Assembly (NCBI GenBank): GCA_002633005.1
Contig: NMRA01000055.1
Coordinates: 862,282-926,281 of the forward strand
From: Phoronis australis
Taxonomy: Eukaryota; Animalia; Phoronida
Direction: 5' to 3'
Length of the DNA: 64,000 bases
A program made the position numbers and the translations under genes. Shown here piece after piece: positions 1 through 15,000 of this stretch. The notes under the pieces are model-generated. The model ran no database searches. It was not told where the DNA came from and saw only the letters and a list, made by a program, of their open reading frames with translations. The stretch's first letter is position 1, and each line of letters begins with the position of its first letter.

Positions 1-1037
1 GGCCACTTCATGCTAGTTTTTCTTTGCGGAATATTTTCCAGAACCTCTAAAACGTGTCGCATGAATGCAAAATCTGCGGGATTATTATTCGAGTTTGATC
101 AAGAAAAACTTTTGCTGAAAAAAATTTACAAAACGGCTCGCATGGACAAGTTTAAAAGCATAACGCCTCAGTTACAGAGATCAAAGGAGATTAAAAACAT
201 TAATAGATTCGTTTCTTTCATTTTTTAAAAAAAATTGTGCTAATTTCCTTTTACCCAAATGGATGTCCATTTTTGTTTCCATGTAAACGTTTGAAACCAT
301 AAATGAACAAATGGAACAAAAAAAAAACGCATTTCTTGATAAGTAGATTTATAAAACCGTGCGTGGTACACACTGCAAGGGACAGGCAACATTATGGAGA
401 GAACTGATATTAATTACGACAACGTTCCTGATTATTAGACACCATGACAGAAATTGTGAAAAATTAGCCTTACTAAATTATTAGTTCAGTGGAAGGAAAT
501 AACATCATCATAAAAGTGTGAGTACAGCGGTACAAGTGTTCAATCATTATGACAAGTTTATTCCAACAAAACAATGTCAATGAGATTTAGAGCAAAAATT
601 CTCCAGTTTGGGCAGTTTCTAAAATTTGAGACACTGAAATTAAAGCCCAAATTGAATTATCATGATTCTGAAGACTGGAACACACCTGATGTTGGTGGTT
701 ATCATGTTTCTCAAACACTGGATGATGCGATTTGCATTAGAGTCTAAAAATAGACTTGGCAGTTCATCAAGTCACAAAAAGATAGCTGCCAACGCTACAT
801 TTCAGGCATCCGCATAGAGTCTATCATCGAGATGAACGAATGTTTGTTGTTGCTTTCAATTCTTGAATTTGAAACCACCAATATTGCTTACTTCTAAAAC
901 TCGATACAAGCAAAGACCTTGAGCAAGAAATTTAATTTTTGCAAAGCCTAACAAGAGACTTTTTGTCATAGTCACGCAGTTCACTTAAACTGTCAAAGTA
1001 CAAAGGAGATTTAAACCACCTGACAGACATCACTCAC

Positions 1038-1262
1038 CCATATCTGTAGTTTGACCCGTTTATCCTGTCGGAACACCGTCTTGACTTTAAAGTCGATGCC
1101 GACTGTACTGACGAAGGCGGACGTAAACGAGTCGTCGGCGTAACGGAACAGGAATGATGTCTTGCCCACGCTGCTGTTGCCGATGATGAGTAGCTTGAAC
1201 ATGTAGTCAAAGTTCTGGTCGGCGGCATCTTTTTGGTAACGTGAGTCGTTTGCGGAAGCCAT
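1038..1262 (-). CDS. Rab3: Rab3 small GTPase, main first coding exon (75 aa); gene continues off the left edge
   Basis: Translates [75 protein letters not shown], the Rab3 N-terminus with P-loop and switch I. Polypyrimidine tract plus CAG lies directly before the ATG, and a GTGAGT donor follows W (before the expected DTAGQE). Confidence 0.96.
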
Positions 1263-3425
1263 CTGGAAAGGAAAGAAACCGAGAAGGCGTGAATGAGTGA
1301 AAAAACACACCAGCAGAATAACACCATAATGAAGACTACGATAAAGTTTCCTCAAATTTGAACAGAAACAATGGCCAAAATTAACATTTTTTAAAATTTT
1401 TTTTCTAATGCTCACTGTATTGACATAAATGTTCAAATTTCATTTTGTTTGTTGATGACATCCATAATACCATATACAAAGTTTAAAAAAATCAAGCAAA
1501 ATTGTCTTCTTGTTTACTCTCGTTGAAAATTTTGATAGTATAAAATTTTACTATTCCGTCACATTGTGTTCTAATTTGAATGAAGTATAACGCGCTTGTT
1601 TTGTTCCAGTAACCTTTCACTTATTTAGCACAGAATACGGCCGACGTGAAATTCAATTTTGTCAAATTTCTATCTACACAGATATAAAGATCAAGCAAAC
1701 TTTAGTTCGTAACAAGTCTGTTTCGCAGGGCGTAGATGTCATAAACCAACTTTTGGTACACTCTACACCATTTATAAGAAAGTTATAAGCTTTTGAAAAA
1801 TTAAAAACAACAATTTTGGTAATTATTTTCATGTAAAATAAATAGAGAATACCACAATAATTGAACATGATGTATTAGTTCATCGACATTCGGTACGCTA
1901 CTTCCTTCATTCTCCAACGGGAAGACTGCTACTATAGGACTGTGAATCAGTACATATGATCAAGCAATAAGGATTGTTATTTGTTGAGCAAGCCATTCTA
2001 CAGTCATAGTGAGGATGATGGTGACATCCAAATTACAACATGAAAACTGATCTGAAGGGTGAGTAACACACAGAACAAGAACGTCTCCCACAAAGTTATC
2101 GGAAAATGAATGGCACGGACTGAACACATCACCGAAGTTTAATTTTGTTCTCGTCTGATATAATTGGCTTCGCCGGTGACTCGCAAAATGCTATCAAATC
2201 TGTGGTAATAATGGCACCACAACTGTGATCTTAGTCGGTTATTTTAATCTCCGGTGGGGATGTCAACTCAAAGACAGAAAAAATGACAATTAACGAGCTA
2301 ATTTTCTTTTTTCAAAGGGTAACGAGTGTATCATGGTTTCCACAGAAATGATAGTTACCAGTACGTAGACTATAAACAAGTTAAAAAACATTATCTTGGC
2401 CATGAATCTCGGTAATCTCATAAAAACAAGGCGGGGATTAAAACCAGGAGCTCTTTATAGGTTGAAATGGAGGCAATTTTTGAAAGAAGAATCCCAATCA
2501 CAGATCACCTTCCACAAATCAAAAAAAAAATTTAGAACGATCTTTCCATGAAACACTTCAAATCACAAACAGCGCCATCTTGTGGTCCAACATTTTCAGT
2601 CTGCATCACACTTTAAAAGTTTGTTCAAGTTAGCATTCCAAATTTTACATAACAATTCTATGAACCTACTAGGGTTCATTGACGACTGCTTCTGTAGCCG
2701 GAAATTTCCACAGCAAGCTTGTTGTAGCTCAAGTGTTGAAGTAGGCAAATTTTTACTCGACCAATTAATCACTATGCAGAGTTCTTAGAGGGGGAAAAGC
2801 TTTTTCGGCCGTGATTCAGGAAATGCGGGCGAAAAATGCCACGTTTCGGGAATGGGTATTTATTGAGACTGGGATCGAAACAAGAATCGGGGAAAGGGCC
2901 AAAAAACCCTGAGAACTGCGAATGGGACCCCCTTTCCCCCCTTCTTACAGTTCTCGTCAACAACTTCAGACTTTCCCATACTTTGTCAGTAGTTTACCCT
3001 TCTGCTGATGTTTTTAGCAAATAGCATAGCCACTAGACTTTTCCACTGAAACACTGAACCAACTGAGCAAGCAGTTCCTGGCACAGTCTAAAACACTAGT
3101 GACCCCTGAAGGCTGAAGCAGTCAAGTATACCATCATCAACAGTCTCACTTCTACAAAAACACCTGTGCTAATTGGTCTGAACGTTTTTGCCAATATACC
3201 GAAACACTCAACACTTACGGTAAAATTTCGACAATTTCGGACAAAAATAGCTGCCAAAATTCTTTTTTCTTTCATTTTTTCAGGGGCTTCCAACATTGCT
3301 GTGAATAATTACTAATTATTGAACAATTTCTCAAAATGTCATCTGATAATAGCCAGGGTAAAGAACGTTAAAAATGATAAAGCGTTTACCTATGTGCCAC
3401 TTATCTTTTGTGAAAAAAAATTTAC

Positions 3426-3445
3426 CTTGTCCGCCATATTGCGTC
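3426..3445 (-). CDS. Rab3: Candidate Rab3 upstream micro-exon, 5'UTR plus MADK (ATG at 3437)
   Basis: Minus strand reads ttcag|GACGCAATATGGCGGACAAG|gtaaa. Phase-0 junction in frame with the exon at 1262. Confidence 0.5.
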
Positions 3446-6400
3446 CTGAATAGATGAGATTTTACTGCTGTCTACATGAAATAGTTGTGCCAACATGACC
3501 ATTAACTGAACGCAACTGACCATTCAAGTGCCAAGTTTACCTGACATTCAAGAAATCAATCATCAATGAAGAACAACGCAAAATGATTACCTCATCTAGG
3601 ACTGGAACAGTCAACACGTGACATTTATGTCATATGAACCATTGCAAAGTCTGATAAAAACAAGAGGAAGTGTCATAAACCACGAATTGAAAACCTACGT
3701 TCCAGCTGCACATCATCGGTTTCATACACGATCAAAAAGCGAGTCCTGCAAGTCCAGAGTAGCTCATACCATACTGACTTCTACCCCCCTCTAAACAACC
3801 CTTTTTCAGAAAGTTGCCGTATGAAGTAAAATTTGATGGTTTTTCTCATGTGATATCACAAGATGTAGCGTTACCCACATGACCACAGGTCATATCATTA
3901 GCACCATTTTCAAAATATCTTTGGACAAAATGTCTGTAGATGATGCATTGAAAGTTATATATTCTTTTAACGCGCATCCGCACCTCAGACCTAGACAGCA
4001 TAGTCAGGAGCACTGTGCCAGTGATATGACACAGAGAGGAAGTGGTATGATGCAAAAAATGACAAATAATAAATAACTTGCTTATTTTTTGAAAAAAGAA
4101 TAAAAATAACACTTGATAAACAATTTACCTACGAGTAAATGAAACAAGCAAACAGAACTTTGTTGGTACTATTCACTACCTCAGTTACGAATTCAAGCTC
4201 TGAATCACATATATGGTTTCTCCATTTCCATACTTGTCCGGTTGATTGCCCAAACTCGGCTGACTGGTTGCCCATAATAATGTGATCGAAATTCCCTTCA
4301 AAATCCAGGAGTTTTTCAGAACGTAGGCCTACGTAATGATCGATCAGTGTCACTGGAACCTTGCCTTATTTCGCTGATAAAAATACCCCATCTTGTCCTC
4401 TATTGAATGGGGCACACAACGGGTTTTGGCTTATGCGCAGTTCTAAATTATTATACTCGAGTGGGAAAACATGGAAAAGATTCGCGTAAGCAACACATGG
4501 ACAGCTTATCATGTGCGTCAAGTACGCAATGAAAATTCACATTCACCTTAACGCCAACCCTTCATTTTTGAATTCCTCAGTTTCAGCACACTTGTCGGTA
4601 ACACAGGCAACTACAGTATGTGATTCGTACCCTTAACAAGAATCAGTTACTGATACCCAAGTATAATTGAGACAGGTAGCAGCCAATGAGCACTTGTTGT
4701 GTTACTAAAATTTTTTAAAGCCATGCGATTACCGAGTCAAAGTGTGAAGGTGTTTCCCTTATGTGGTACGATCATGGAAACTTCTTCCTGACCATTGAAC
4801 AGAGGTAACAGGATACGACTGTGAAAAGCAATTTGGTAGTTCATGTAAATGTAATACCTAAGTATTAGAGAAAACCAGTGCAGCTGAAATTTGCAGAATT
4901 CTGAACATTTGAAACTGAACACTAGTTCAATCCTCTTGGAGTTACAACAACCATGATTGCAATGATTATGTAATGGACATATGGATGTACTCTCAATAGA
5001 CACACTAACAACTGACATTACAGAAACCATGCACCTATTTATCACGCAACATGCAAGAGAAATGAATTATTTATTTCATGAAGTTTCGAAAGAAACAAAA
5101 TTTCTGATGTATAATTACCGCAATCGTGTTTTACCAAGCATTTACCGTATGTTTTTGTAATTTCACGCGTATGTACGTGTATCTGTATAGAATATAAACA
5201 GAAAAACGATGATTTTGCTTCAAAAAACTTACTTCATATGTAAAACCTTTTTATAAAATATGTCATAAAACAAGCACATTAACTAAAAATTTCGTTTTTC
5301 TGAAATCCAATGTTCAGAAACATTGTAATAACAACTCTGCAATTGCGAACATAGTCAAAATGCTACTGGCAGATTTTGTGACGCTAAAAGGCAGGTATCA
5401 AAACTAAGTCCTGCAAAACATTAATATAGTTTCAGTATCTGTCACTGGGTGGCGCCATTAATTTCCAGCATGCATAATGGATGACAGTGAAATGAATGAA
5501 TTATTCATAGAGCATCAATATACATCGGATAGTCAAACTGTGTTCAGCTTAGCTCCACAGAACAAGCCATTCATAATTTTCATTGAAACAACACGACAAA
5601 CTGACAAAGCAATATTGGTCTAATACACCTGTTTTCACGAAATTAACAAAACGTCAATGCAAGTGCTACAGAACAGTTATTACATTTTCAAAAGCAAGCG
5701 TATCATAAATGTATGTAAACCATAATAACGGCTGCACACTAGTACTCATTTATATCAATGGTAATTAAATAACGGTTAAGTAATTGATACCTAAAATACC
5801 GGTATTCTTATCGATTCTATTTCTCCTCCACAAACTGCCGACAACGCTTGCGTTTCTACTAACACGAGTACTTTTTGTTGACGCTTAGCTCTTGCTGGCT
5901 GTTTGATATACCCTAAACCTGCCGGTTTTGGTAGAACTTTTGTTGTACCCAGGCCGTTTACTTCAAAAGATTCACATGAGCAGGGAAAAGAAGCCTACCG
6001 TATGTTTATCTAGATGTGTTAATCAATGAATTGCAGAGACTGGACTTGCTTTGACAGCAATTTCCTTCGATTAAGTCGCTTCAGCAAGGATTTAATTGCA
6101 AAATTTTGTCTTGAAACACGAGTTTGAACAGGAGTATGTACGGCAGTATGGCACATTTAAGCAAACGAGTCGGATACATGTTCATGCCAAATTTTGGAAT
6201 TAGATCAATGAAACTTTCTTAAAAAATTCTACCTGTCAACTTATTAATTCCATTCTTTCACTATCAATGAACTTTTTAGTACAATTCACCAAGACATTGT
6301 CACATTATCCAATTAATGACTGATTGGTAAAAAGTCAAAAATCATATTCCATAGGCTTTCTACTTCCAGAAAATATATACTTTTACCAAAATAAAATGAA

Positions 6401-6812
6401 CATTTTTGAAGATATTTAGCAAAATACATCAACTTGTCCATAAAGTCCTACATAACCTAAAGTCAGGCCACGCGGTGTACCTCTACTTTACAAATGTATG
6501 AATGAAAGGTGAATGAATGCCAGAAATTCCACAGAGTTATTTTCCATCAACAAAGACATGCTTCCACCAACAAAAGGTGACATGCAAATTTAATCATATA
6601 TCTGCAATGTGCCTACTGAATTACAAAGTTGTTCCCCCAATTGTACAACTTGGTTTAGAAGACTGTTGACATGGCAGAACTATAATGCAGCCTTTACAAC
6701 AAGCTCTTCATCACATTGTACTCAAATATAAGGCAATGCAGTTTCTATGAAGCTGTCCTCACTGTAGTCCTGTTCAACCTAGGACCAACCCAGGTTCAAA
6801 TAAACCTGATTA

Positions 6813-6940
6813 GAGTTCAGAAGTCGTCTCGTGGCTAGAAAATTTCGCTAAAATCACGCGTTCTCATTTAAAATACATGGCAATGTCTCACATAATCTCG
6901 TGAAGTCTTGCTTTTTAGCGAGGTCCTAGCGTTACTGAAC
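6813..6940. mobile_element. Short dispersed repeat, MITE family C, copy 1
   Basis: Similar to 7374-7507 (shared tctcatttaaaatac...aggtcctagcgttactgaac). Confidence 0.75.
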
Positions 6941-7373
6941 TGCAAAGTTAACTGAAAGATTCATAACGGCTTTGATAGTTAACGTGTTTTGAAGTACGCA
7001 GCATGCGACGCAGTGGTCATCGAAGTAATCACAAGGTAGCACTGTTGCATCGGGTGCACGCTAGATTTTTTTAATGTGATAATTTGGAAACTTTTACATG
7101 TGCCAATTGACATAAAACTTATTTCTAATTCGTTTGGTGATTATTCAAGCAAAATATAAGCAACTACAGTTAAAACTGTTGTAACCAGCCAAATTAAAAA
7201 ATAGGAAGTCAGCCAGTCTCATTGACTCTGCATTCATTTTTACTTCAAAACAACACGAATGACCTGCATAGATAGTGATCACTTATACTTCAGTTACACA
7301 CCAACATGCATAGACTGAGATCAATAGGGAGTAGGGCATTGTGTTTGGTCAATAGATGTGAATCCAGGCGTGC

Positions 7374-7507
7374 GTTCAGTAGATGCTAGGACCTATGCTA
7401 GGACCTAGCTAAAACCTAAGTCACGTGCTCTCATTTAAAATACACGGCACTATCTCACGTAATCTCGCGAAGTCTTGCTTTTTTGCAAGGTCCTAGCGTT
7501 ACTGAAC
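7374..7507. mobile_element. MITE family C, copy 2, with terminal inverted repeats
   Basis: gttcagtagatgctaggacct ... aggtcctagcgttactgaac form imperfect TIRs. Internal CACGTG and TCTCGCGA motifs. Confidence 0.75.
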
Positions 7508-8779
7508 GGGAGGCAGGACTAAGATGTGGTCATTCCCTGTCAGGTACATGTCACATTTAATTGTTCCATGGATAGTTAGTACATGCCAGGGGAATAGTAA
7601 GTAACATGGAATTATGTGTTTCCATGACAACCAGGGATTTTCGTTTTGAGGAAAGATAATGTCAAAAACTGTCGCGATTTCTTTTAAAAGTGAGCAAGAA
7701 TTGATATTTGGATTTGGAATTGTCACCCTATGGAGTTGATGTTAAACCAGAGATAAACGTAAGGTCATACTATTTTAAAGTCACTGTTTTTTAACTTAAT
7801 GACAATATGACATACAATTTGTTGCTAGATGGCCAAAGAGTAAATGATGGACATTGTTCTTCATTCTTGTATGGATTTTACGACTCGAACTTCATGAATT
7901 TTTTATGAATTCCCCATGCCGTCAAAACTGTCAAGTGCGTTGGCATATTGGAACGATTGACGCAAAAATGTCCACCTCAAAATATCCCCATCAATTTCGT
8001 CCGTCGTCCACCCCAGAATTGGATCGAGCTAAAGATACTTTTGTGTTCTCACAGCACTGAAGAGGCAAATGCATTATCCCTATTCTTGATGTGATGTATA
8101 TTTACACTTTGTGCTAAACTTGAACCCTGGCGTACAACAATTTAGTCGCTGGACACCAATACAAAACTCACAGAAAAGGATTATCATTGTTGTCCCTACA
8201 CCATTGTACAATAAGCTTATCATTTAAAACACCAATGCAACTCCAAAACAGCAGAATTTTAGCTTATCTCTTCGAGCCACGCAACAACCAAGCAAACAAA
8301 TGAACAGATTTGTACAAGCGAGACAATCGCGAATGACGTCTTTGGCCAGACACTGACGAAACGAAATCCCAGACAACTGAATTGCAAAAACTTACTGAGA
8401 ACTGTGACCACATAAACTAGAGAACAGAAACTAGTCACTTGCTGTAAATGTGTCAGTCTTTCAATGAAAAATTGTGGGTTCGTTTGTAATCCGTTGGCAT
8501 GTATCGCTATTGATTTTTGAGAAATCTCCATTATCTACTTGATAAGCTTATGTACTACTATTTTCAAATGTACGTGTGTCAAGGAGATTCATTATGATCA
8601 CAATATTACCATGAATTCTTAAAACTTTGATTAGAGCCCAACAATAAGAAATTTTATATAGGTGCAGATGACAATTAGGTCAGGGGAAAAGATGAGCTCC
8701 CAGACTCTAAATACAACAAAGTTTTCACAGAGGAATACGGAGTCTATTAATTAAGGGAAACAGTTGGACAGCTGATATC

Positions 8780-9300
8780 TGAAGATTATTTAATGAAATC
8801 CATTACAGAATATTCTTCGATAATCGCAACGCTATTTATGTATTTAGCACAACGGCAGTGTATAACTGTGAACCAAGTGCCCAAAAAGTGTGCTGCAGTA
8901 GTCCAAGAAATGGATATTATTTGAACTCCACCAGGATTGTATGGACACTGAACGTTACGAGGAATTTGAGTTTTCTTGATTATGAAGATTGCGACATGGG
9001 TGATTTTGGAGTTAAGAGTATTTTTCAAATAGGTTGTTCTGTATCGTCAGTCTCGAAATAGACTTGGCTTCTCATACAATTCCCAAAATATACATTTTCA
9101 TACATCCTCATAGTGTGCAAGAGCAAGGCGAATGATCCTTTGTTGTTAATTGATAGTTTTGAATTTGATAGTCAACATTTATTTTTCTGAAATTTGGTAC
9201 ATGTTCCGACTTTGATGACAATATCTACTTTTCTCTGTCCCAAAATGGAAAATTTTTCACGTAATCAAATATTTCGCCCAAAACCAACATCTTCAATAGT
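8780..9300 (-). mobile_element. Possible highly decayed L1/Tx1-like LINE 3' fragment
   Basis: Only residual similarity to the ORF2 C-terminus (FWeC-like and IHC-like remnants). Many stops. Confidence 0.25.
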
Positions 9301-11226
9301 ACCAAATTTATATGTAATCATGTTTAAGTTTTACACCATCAGTACAGTCGTATAATGTATTACCATAAAATTACCATAAAATGTTATCATGTACCACTAG
9401 TAATAAAAGTACATCAGAAATGTCTGAATGTTAAGCGGTTGGTCATGTGACTTATTTCCATATTCATTGTCAGTATCAATGAATCTCTAATGCACAGTTT
9501 GTAAACTCAGTGTAGTCGTAGGTATCCCTGTTTCATGAAGAAGAACAACTTTTACTATAACCTCCAAAGATGATGATCGACACCGCGTGTACAAAACACC
9601 GCCATTCATTTTCGAGTCCTATCTTTTTCCATTCAGGTAGCCATATGTTCAAGGTCAAGCAACATTTAACAGCATATATCATCATGTACTTGTTGCAGAC
9701 TTTATTACACCCAAGCACACCCAGATGTTACCAGGGTCAAAACGGTGAAAAACAATTTGGTAAAGTTTGGTGAGCCAAAGCATGACCCAAATAACATCAC
9801 TGGTTAAAAATGCCAAAAAGTACATACCAGTTAATAGGGTGGGTTGTTTTCAGGGGTGCTAAATGAAAAGGGGGCTGTCACAGGACATAAATAGCTATCA
9901 GGGACATGACATAAGTGATGGGTCTCTGCAGATTCTATCATGCGTGAAAAACATAAAAGGGCAGACTATTGACTTGAATGCACCTTAACAAGTACATTTA
10001 CCACATCTTTTGTCATTCTAAGTTCATTCACCACATCTTTTGTCATTCCGCACAAGACAGAGATTTTTCCATGCCCAAGTAACGAACCAATAAAAACCGG
10101 GCTTGTAACGAGGACCTTAACCAAGGGACAAACATAGTAGAAGTGACTGGAATGTGTCCATTTCAATGATACTAAAACGACTGCCAGCCTATCTTTGTCC
10201 CAGGATTCTCAAACTTCACCAACCCTGTAAGTGACTGTTGAATCTCTGAACCTAAAGGTGTTGAGCTCCAAATTATTTTTGACTTTCTCTGTTCTATTTC
10301 AAAACAAAGTCTAGATACCTGTCTAAGATAAGGTGCTTGTGGCTGGCTGTCGTTTTCAGAAATCCCCAGTAAGCTGTATGGGTGTGCCCTGTGATCCTAA
10401 TGTAATGGATGTTCTATTTCTTATCAGTATCCAAAACTCAATGTTCTGCCCACTTGTGCCTTGTTAGGTGGCTGTCTGTGTTTATCATTAAAATGTGACT
10501 CCTTGACCTTTTTGGGTGTTTTCTAGTCCAGGCAGTTGGCCAAATGAACACCACCATATTGTACACTCATAAACATGGTTATCCAGCTCATGTATAGAAA
10601 TAATCAATAATCCGTCAATACCCGAGAACCTGCTTTCACTAGCCAATCACGTGCAGTCATTGATTTCGATAAGACGAGAAAAGAGAATCCGCCCATCTGT
10701 CAGTGGTGACAGAACTCTTAACTGCATAAAAAAGCTGAAGAAAGTATTGAAAAATGGTCTCACAAGACCTTTCAGTTATTACTACCAATCATTTTCGAGC
10801 TACCACACTGTAGCACTGCAGTCCTACCTTCAAATTAAGACAAAATAGCTTCGAGACAGTTAAATTTGTTGGGTCCTGTTGATATGAAACAAAATTTTGG
10901 GTGAATCCAGGGGTTACTCCCATAGAAAAACTTATTCGGGATGTGCTTCTTGAAAGCGTGAATTTTTCATGGCAAGCTTCTCTACGATCACCTGCCTTTT
11001 CCTGACAAAATTCCCCATGAAATGGTACAAACTGGGACTTCGGAACACTACAAAAATCTACATTAGGGTTTTTAATAATATCGATATTTTATACTGTGGT
11101 TAAAAAAAATGTGACCATTTTGAACATGCACCATCATACACTGTTTCAGGCTTAACGGGTTAAATAGACAGCTGCCAATTAGAAACCCTACAAAGAGTTG
11201 GCTTACGACTATAACTCCTACAAAAG

Positions 11227-11297
11227 AAGTGGCGGATTTAGAAGGGGGCCAAGGGAGCCATGAACCCCACTAACTCAAAATCCTGGATCCGCCCCTG
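11227..11297 (+). mobile_element. MITE family A, internally deleted copy
   Basis: agtggcggatttag ... cctggatccgcccctg termini with a perfect 5-bp flanking duplication aaaag. Confidence 0.8.
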
Positions 11298-11399
11298 AAA
11301 AGGATAGTGTTTATGGAAAAAGCAATACCAAAAGGTGACTTTTTAATGCTGCTGACCACAAATGACTCCCTCCTAAGAGTTATCTGTTATTTTACCATC

Positions 11400-12140
11400 T
11401 CCATTACTGTAATTCTCCTATTGATTCGTACACTCAGAATAGTTTGCACTTTTTATATTCTAATACACCAATGAATTTTTTCAGTGCAGTTTCTCTGCAA
11501 TCTCTTCGACTCACTGTAATGAGTTTGAATTCACCTTGATGAGTTTGGGTTACTCGTGAGGAGTTTGAACAAATTTAGAACAAGTTTAAACTTTTGGAGA
11601 CATGTTATTTTATAACAAATTAGTACATTTCCAACTTTTAGCATCCGTTCAATGCATTTATTACAAGACTTAAAACACTTCAAATCTCCACAGTATAAAC
11701 AAAGACTTTCAAACACGGTCATGAATTTTGTAAATTCTGTGGAGTCCAAATATTCTGTTATTTATGCATAGTTGGCGTATTCTAATTAGTACCCTAATAG
11801 CATACACCCTTGTAAAAACCTTTTAAGATTTCACACATCGCACGTCGCAATTACTTCATTGTACTCTTGTCTACCAATTAACTGCTATATTGCTCAACTC
11901 CTATCTTAAGTCATGTCCAGATATACCCTAGAATGACCTGCCTTAGTTCAACTTGCCCAGGTACCTGAGCTTCCAAACCATACACAACGAACGCTTTACA
12001 ACAACAAAAACGAGTGTTCTACCTATGTGGAATGTTGAAACTTGGTAGTTGAATGTTAATGTTTTTCCTCTCAAAGCTTTAAATTTTTGGTCTAGCGTTT
12101 GGAGATTGCCAGTAGAGAATGGTTCGAGTTGAATAGCCAA
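11400..12140 (-). mobile_element. Possible decayed L1/Tx1-like LINE fragment
   Basis: ALRGKTLTFN resembles the post-RT LSLxGKxLxxN motif of Tx1/L1 ORF2. Fragmented frames. Confidence 0.3.
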
Positions 12141-13756
12141 ATGTAAGCGTGTTCAGGTTAGAAGAAGACACGGCATGAAAATGAAGGTGCTAACTCACAA
12201 GACGTGATGCGCCATTGGAATACATACGCAATCCACCACATTAGTTACAACGGTTATCAATGGAATGCACGCGAGATCCACCACATGCGCTACCAGGCGA
12301 AATTTATCACCTTAAAAGCAAATGCCTACTTGCCTACTGGTAATACTTCAATCAAATTTCCACTGTATATTCAGTATAATAAAAGTCCTCAACGCTCACT
12401 AATACCCTTATCCATGAGACTAATGTCATATTCCACTACTCAGGTAATTGATACAATTACATATTGTAGTTGAATCTGTAGAAACTTAAAGACAAGCTCA
12501 CAAGGAGATTCATTATCACCAATTTCCGATAAAATAATTGCCAAAATTACCACTTTCAATTTTTCAACGACTTCCCTGCTTCTAACATTGCTCTAAAATT
12601 TTCAAAACATTTAGTTTACTAATAGCTGCAAAATTTAAACATGGTGCTACATCTGTTACAAGGAAAAATTGACAAAATGAAATTCCACTTGCCAACCAGA
12701 TTGTGCCCCACAATGGTAATATTTCGCCACAGACAACGTCAAATCACCATAAGTGCCAGCACAATAAAACATGGGAATCTTTTGAAAACATCACTTCACC
12801 CAACATTACTGTTCCCCACGGTATTTTTACAGTCAGGAGTTTGGCACACATGAAGGTTATTCATACATTTTGCCAACCACATGCAGACATTTACTGACAT
12901 TTGGACCCAAGGTCCGTGTCATTAAAGTGGCTTAAGATATATGTCAGAAATTTGGTCTAACACTCTACACAACTATTTCTAAAAAATAATTAAATCTCAC
13001 TTTCGCAAAAGTACAAAGTCTCTGAGAATGCACCCGTAACTGCGTGCACAAATTATTTCTAAGCTGAGATGAGCTAATTACCAGTATGTAGGGTTCGACG
13101 CTTAGCAATATTCCCTCATCGGCAGATGAGAAATGCACTCTCCAAAACAAGAAAACCCCACATGCAAGCCCCAACAAATGATACATAGCGGGATATCTTA
13201 GTTCAATGACCAACGAACTGAGCAAATCGCAAAGGTGACCTTTTTTAGTCAAACGGAAAATTAGGAGTATACCGTATACTTAGCAAACACCAATGTCTCC
13301 ATTGGGCCCAATATGCCATGCAAGCGTCCCACCTAAGGGAAAAGCAGACGGTCAGGACACACAGTCTGTATATGAGTGATGAACAAGTCCTTCCAGTATT
13401 CTCCAAACAATGCCAACTCCCATCTGATTACTTCCTAGTATTTTGAGCGCATGCCTCCATGAGTGCATGGTGACTGTGGCGACATGTTATCAAACAAAAT
13501 CTGCCCTGCCAAAGCTAAACCTTCATTTGGTAATTATACATTGAGAGCCAAAAAGACAAAATTACTAACTTTGGCCACTTTTAGTAACTTTGCGTTTTTT
13601 GCACAAAGCTAAAATGGAGTTACATTTTATCGAAACAGGATTCCGTTTGCTTGATATTTGAGGATTTCGAGTTTAATTTTCATTGTGGAGATCACTGAAC
13701 AATACACAGAGGGGAATTAAGTACATTGCTAAATACACATAAAATGCCGGGTACGG

Positions 13757-13875
13757 TACGTTCCGTAGCTACGAGAACCTTGCCAAAACGCAAGCTTACT
13801 TTGCAAAGTATCACCATGAATTACGAGTCAAGCACGTGATCACGAGTGATCTTCGCACGTGAGGTTCTTGTGTCA
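13757..13875. mobile_element. MITE family C, diverged copy
   Basis: CpG-rich island inside CpG-poor intron. gagaaccttgc...agcacgtgatc...gaggttcttg resembles the other family C copies. Confidence 0.5.
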
Positions 13876-14945
13876 ACCAAAATCCGCCCTATCAATTGAG
13901 ATCCTCAGTTGACATTAGGCACCAACATTTTACCAATTCTCATTGGAAACTAGAACTTAACCCTACCTTTAGAAAGCAGACATCAGTTTGCTAAGCTGTT
14001 GAATGTAAATGAGATACCCTGGCTCGAAATAATTTAAATGCTACGGGTAATATCACATTCACTCTCCCAATTAACTTCATGTGAAATGAACATGTGTAAA
14101 TGATGGATTCTATTTCAAACATCCCTATCGATCATCAAAAACTTACACAAAATTATGCACCAATGAACAGTCTGTTCATAACGGGCCATACCGATCATTA
14201 TATTCTAACATAAGTCCTATTAGCGTACTGTATTTAAAATTAAATGTCAACAATAATCAGCTAATCAGCAGACAAGCATGGTATTTTTCTGAAGCTAGTT
14301 TCTGTACAGTTGTCAGACAGATTGGACCCAACTTGTTCAGCCTAAGTATTTAGCCTTCCTGTTGCCTCAGTAAACCATATAAAACCCTCATCAGTTTAGG
14401 ACACAGTAAAACTGGATAAGTGATATGTCATTTCTTGGGTCACTATATCCATAACATCATTTTAGCTTACCAGTTCCATACAAACGCCAATGTAAAAACC
14501 TGTTTTAACAAATAGTGGGTGTTCACAACAATGTTGGAAAGTGACAAAAACCATACATTTTTGCAATTTATTCTTGTTAGGAATTGGTGAGATTTTACAG
14601 TACAGGATCAAACTGCTAGAGCTGGGGTGTGAACCAAATGAAACTGGCATTTAGTAGTATAGGGACCTATGTCTCACACACCCATCACATGTGGTGTCTG
14701 GCCAACACATGTCTGTGAATGATATACTGGTGCCCACAAAAGAATTACATAATGGTCCAGTACTAGATCTACAGAGAAGGTAACAAAAGTTAGTCTAGGG
14801 ACCAATGTGATATATGACCCCATCTGGGAGCACTTTTAGGTTGTCTCACACCTTATTTATGGCCTACATTCTACCTCATATTGGTATACATTTTCTGAAA
14901 GAAAAAGATCAGGGAATGTGAACATATGCTTTATATTTATGTACC

Positions 14946-15000
14946 ATTATCATTATTATTATTATTACTATTACTATTATTATTATTATTATTATTATTA
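14946..15000. repeat. (ATT)n microsatellite
   Basis: Directly visible, with a few interruptions. Confidence 0.95.
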
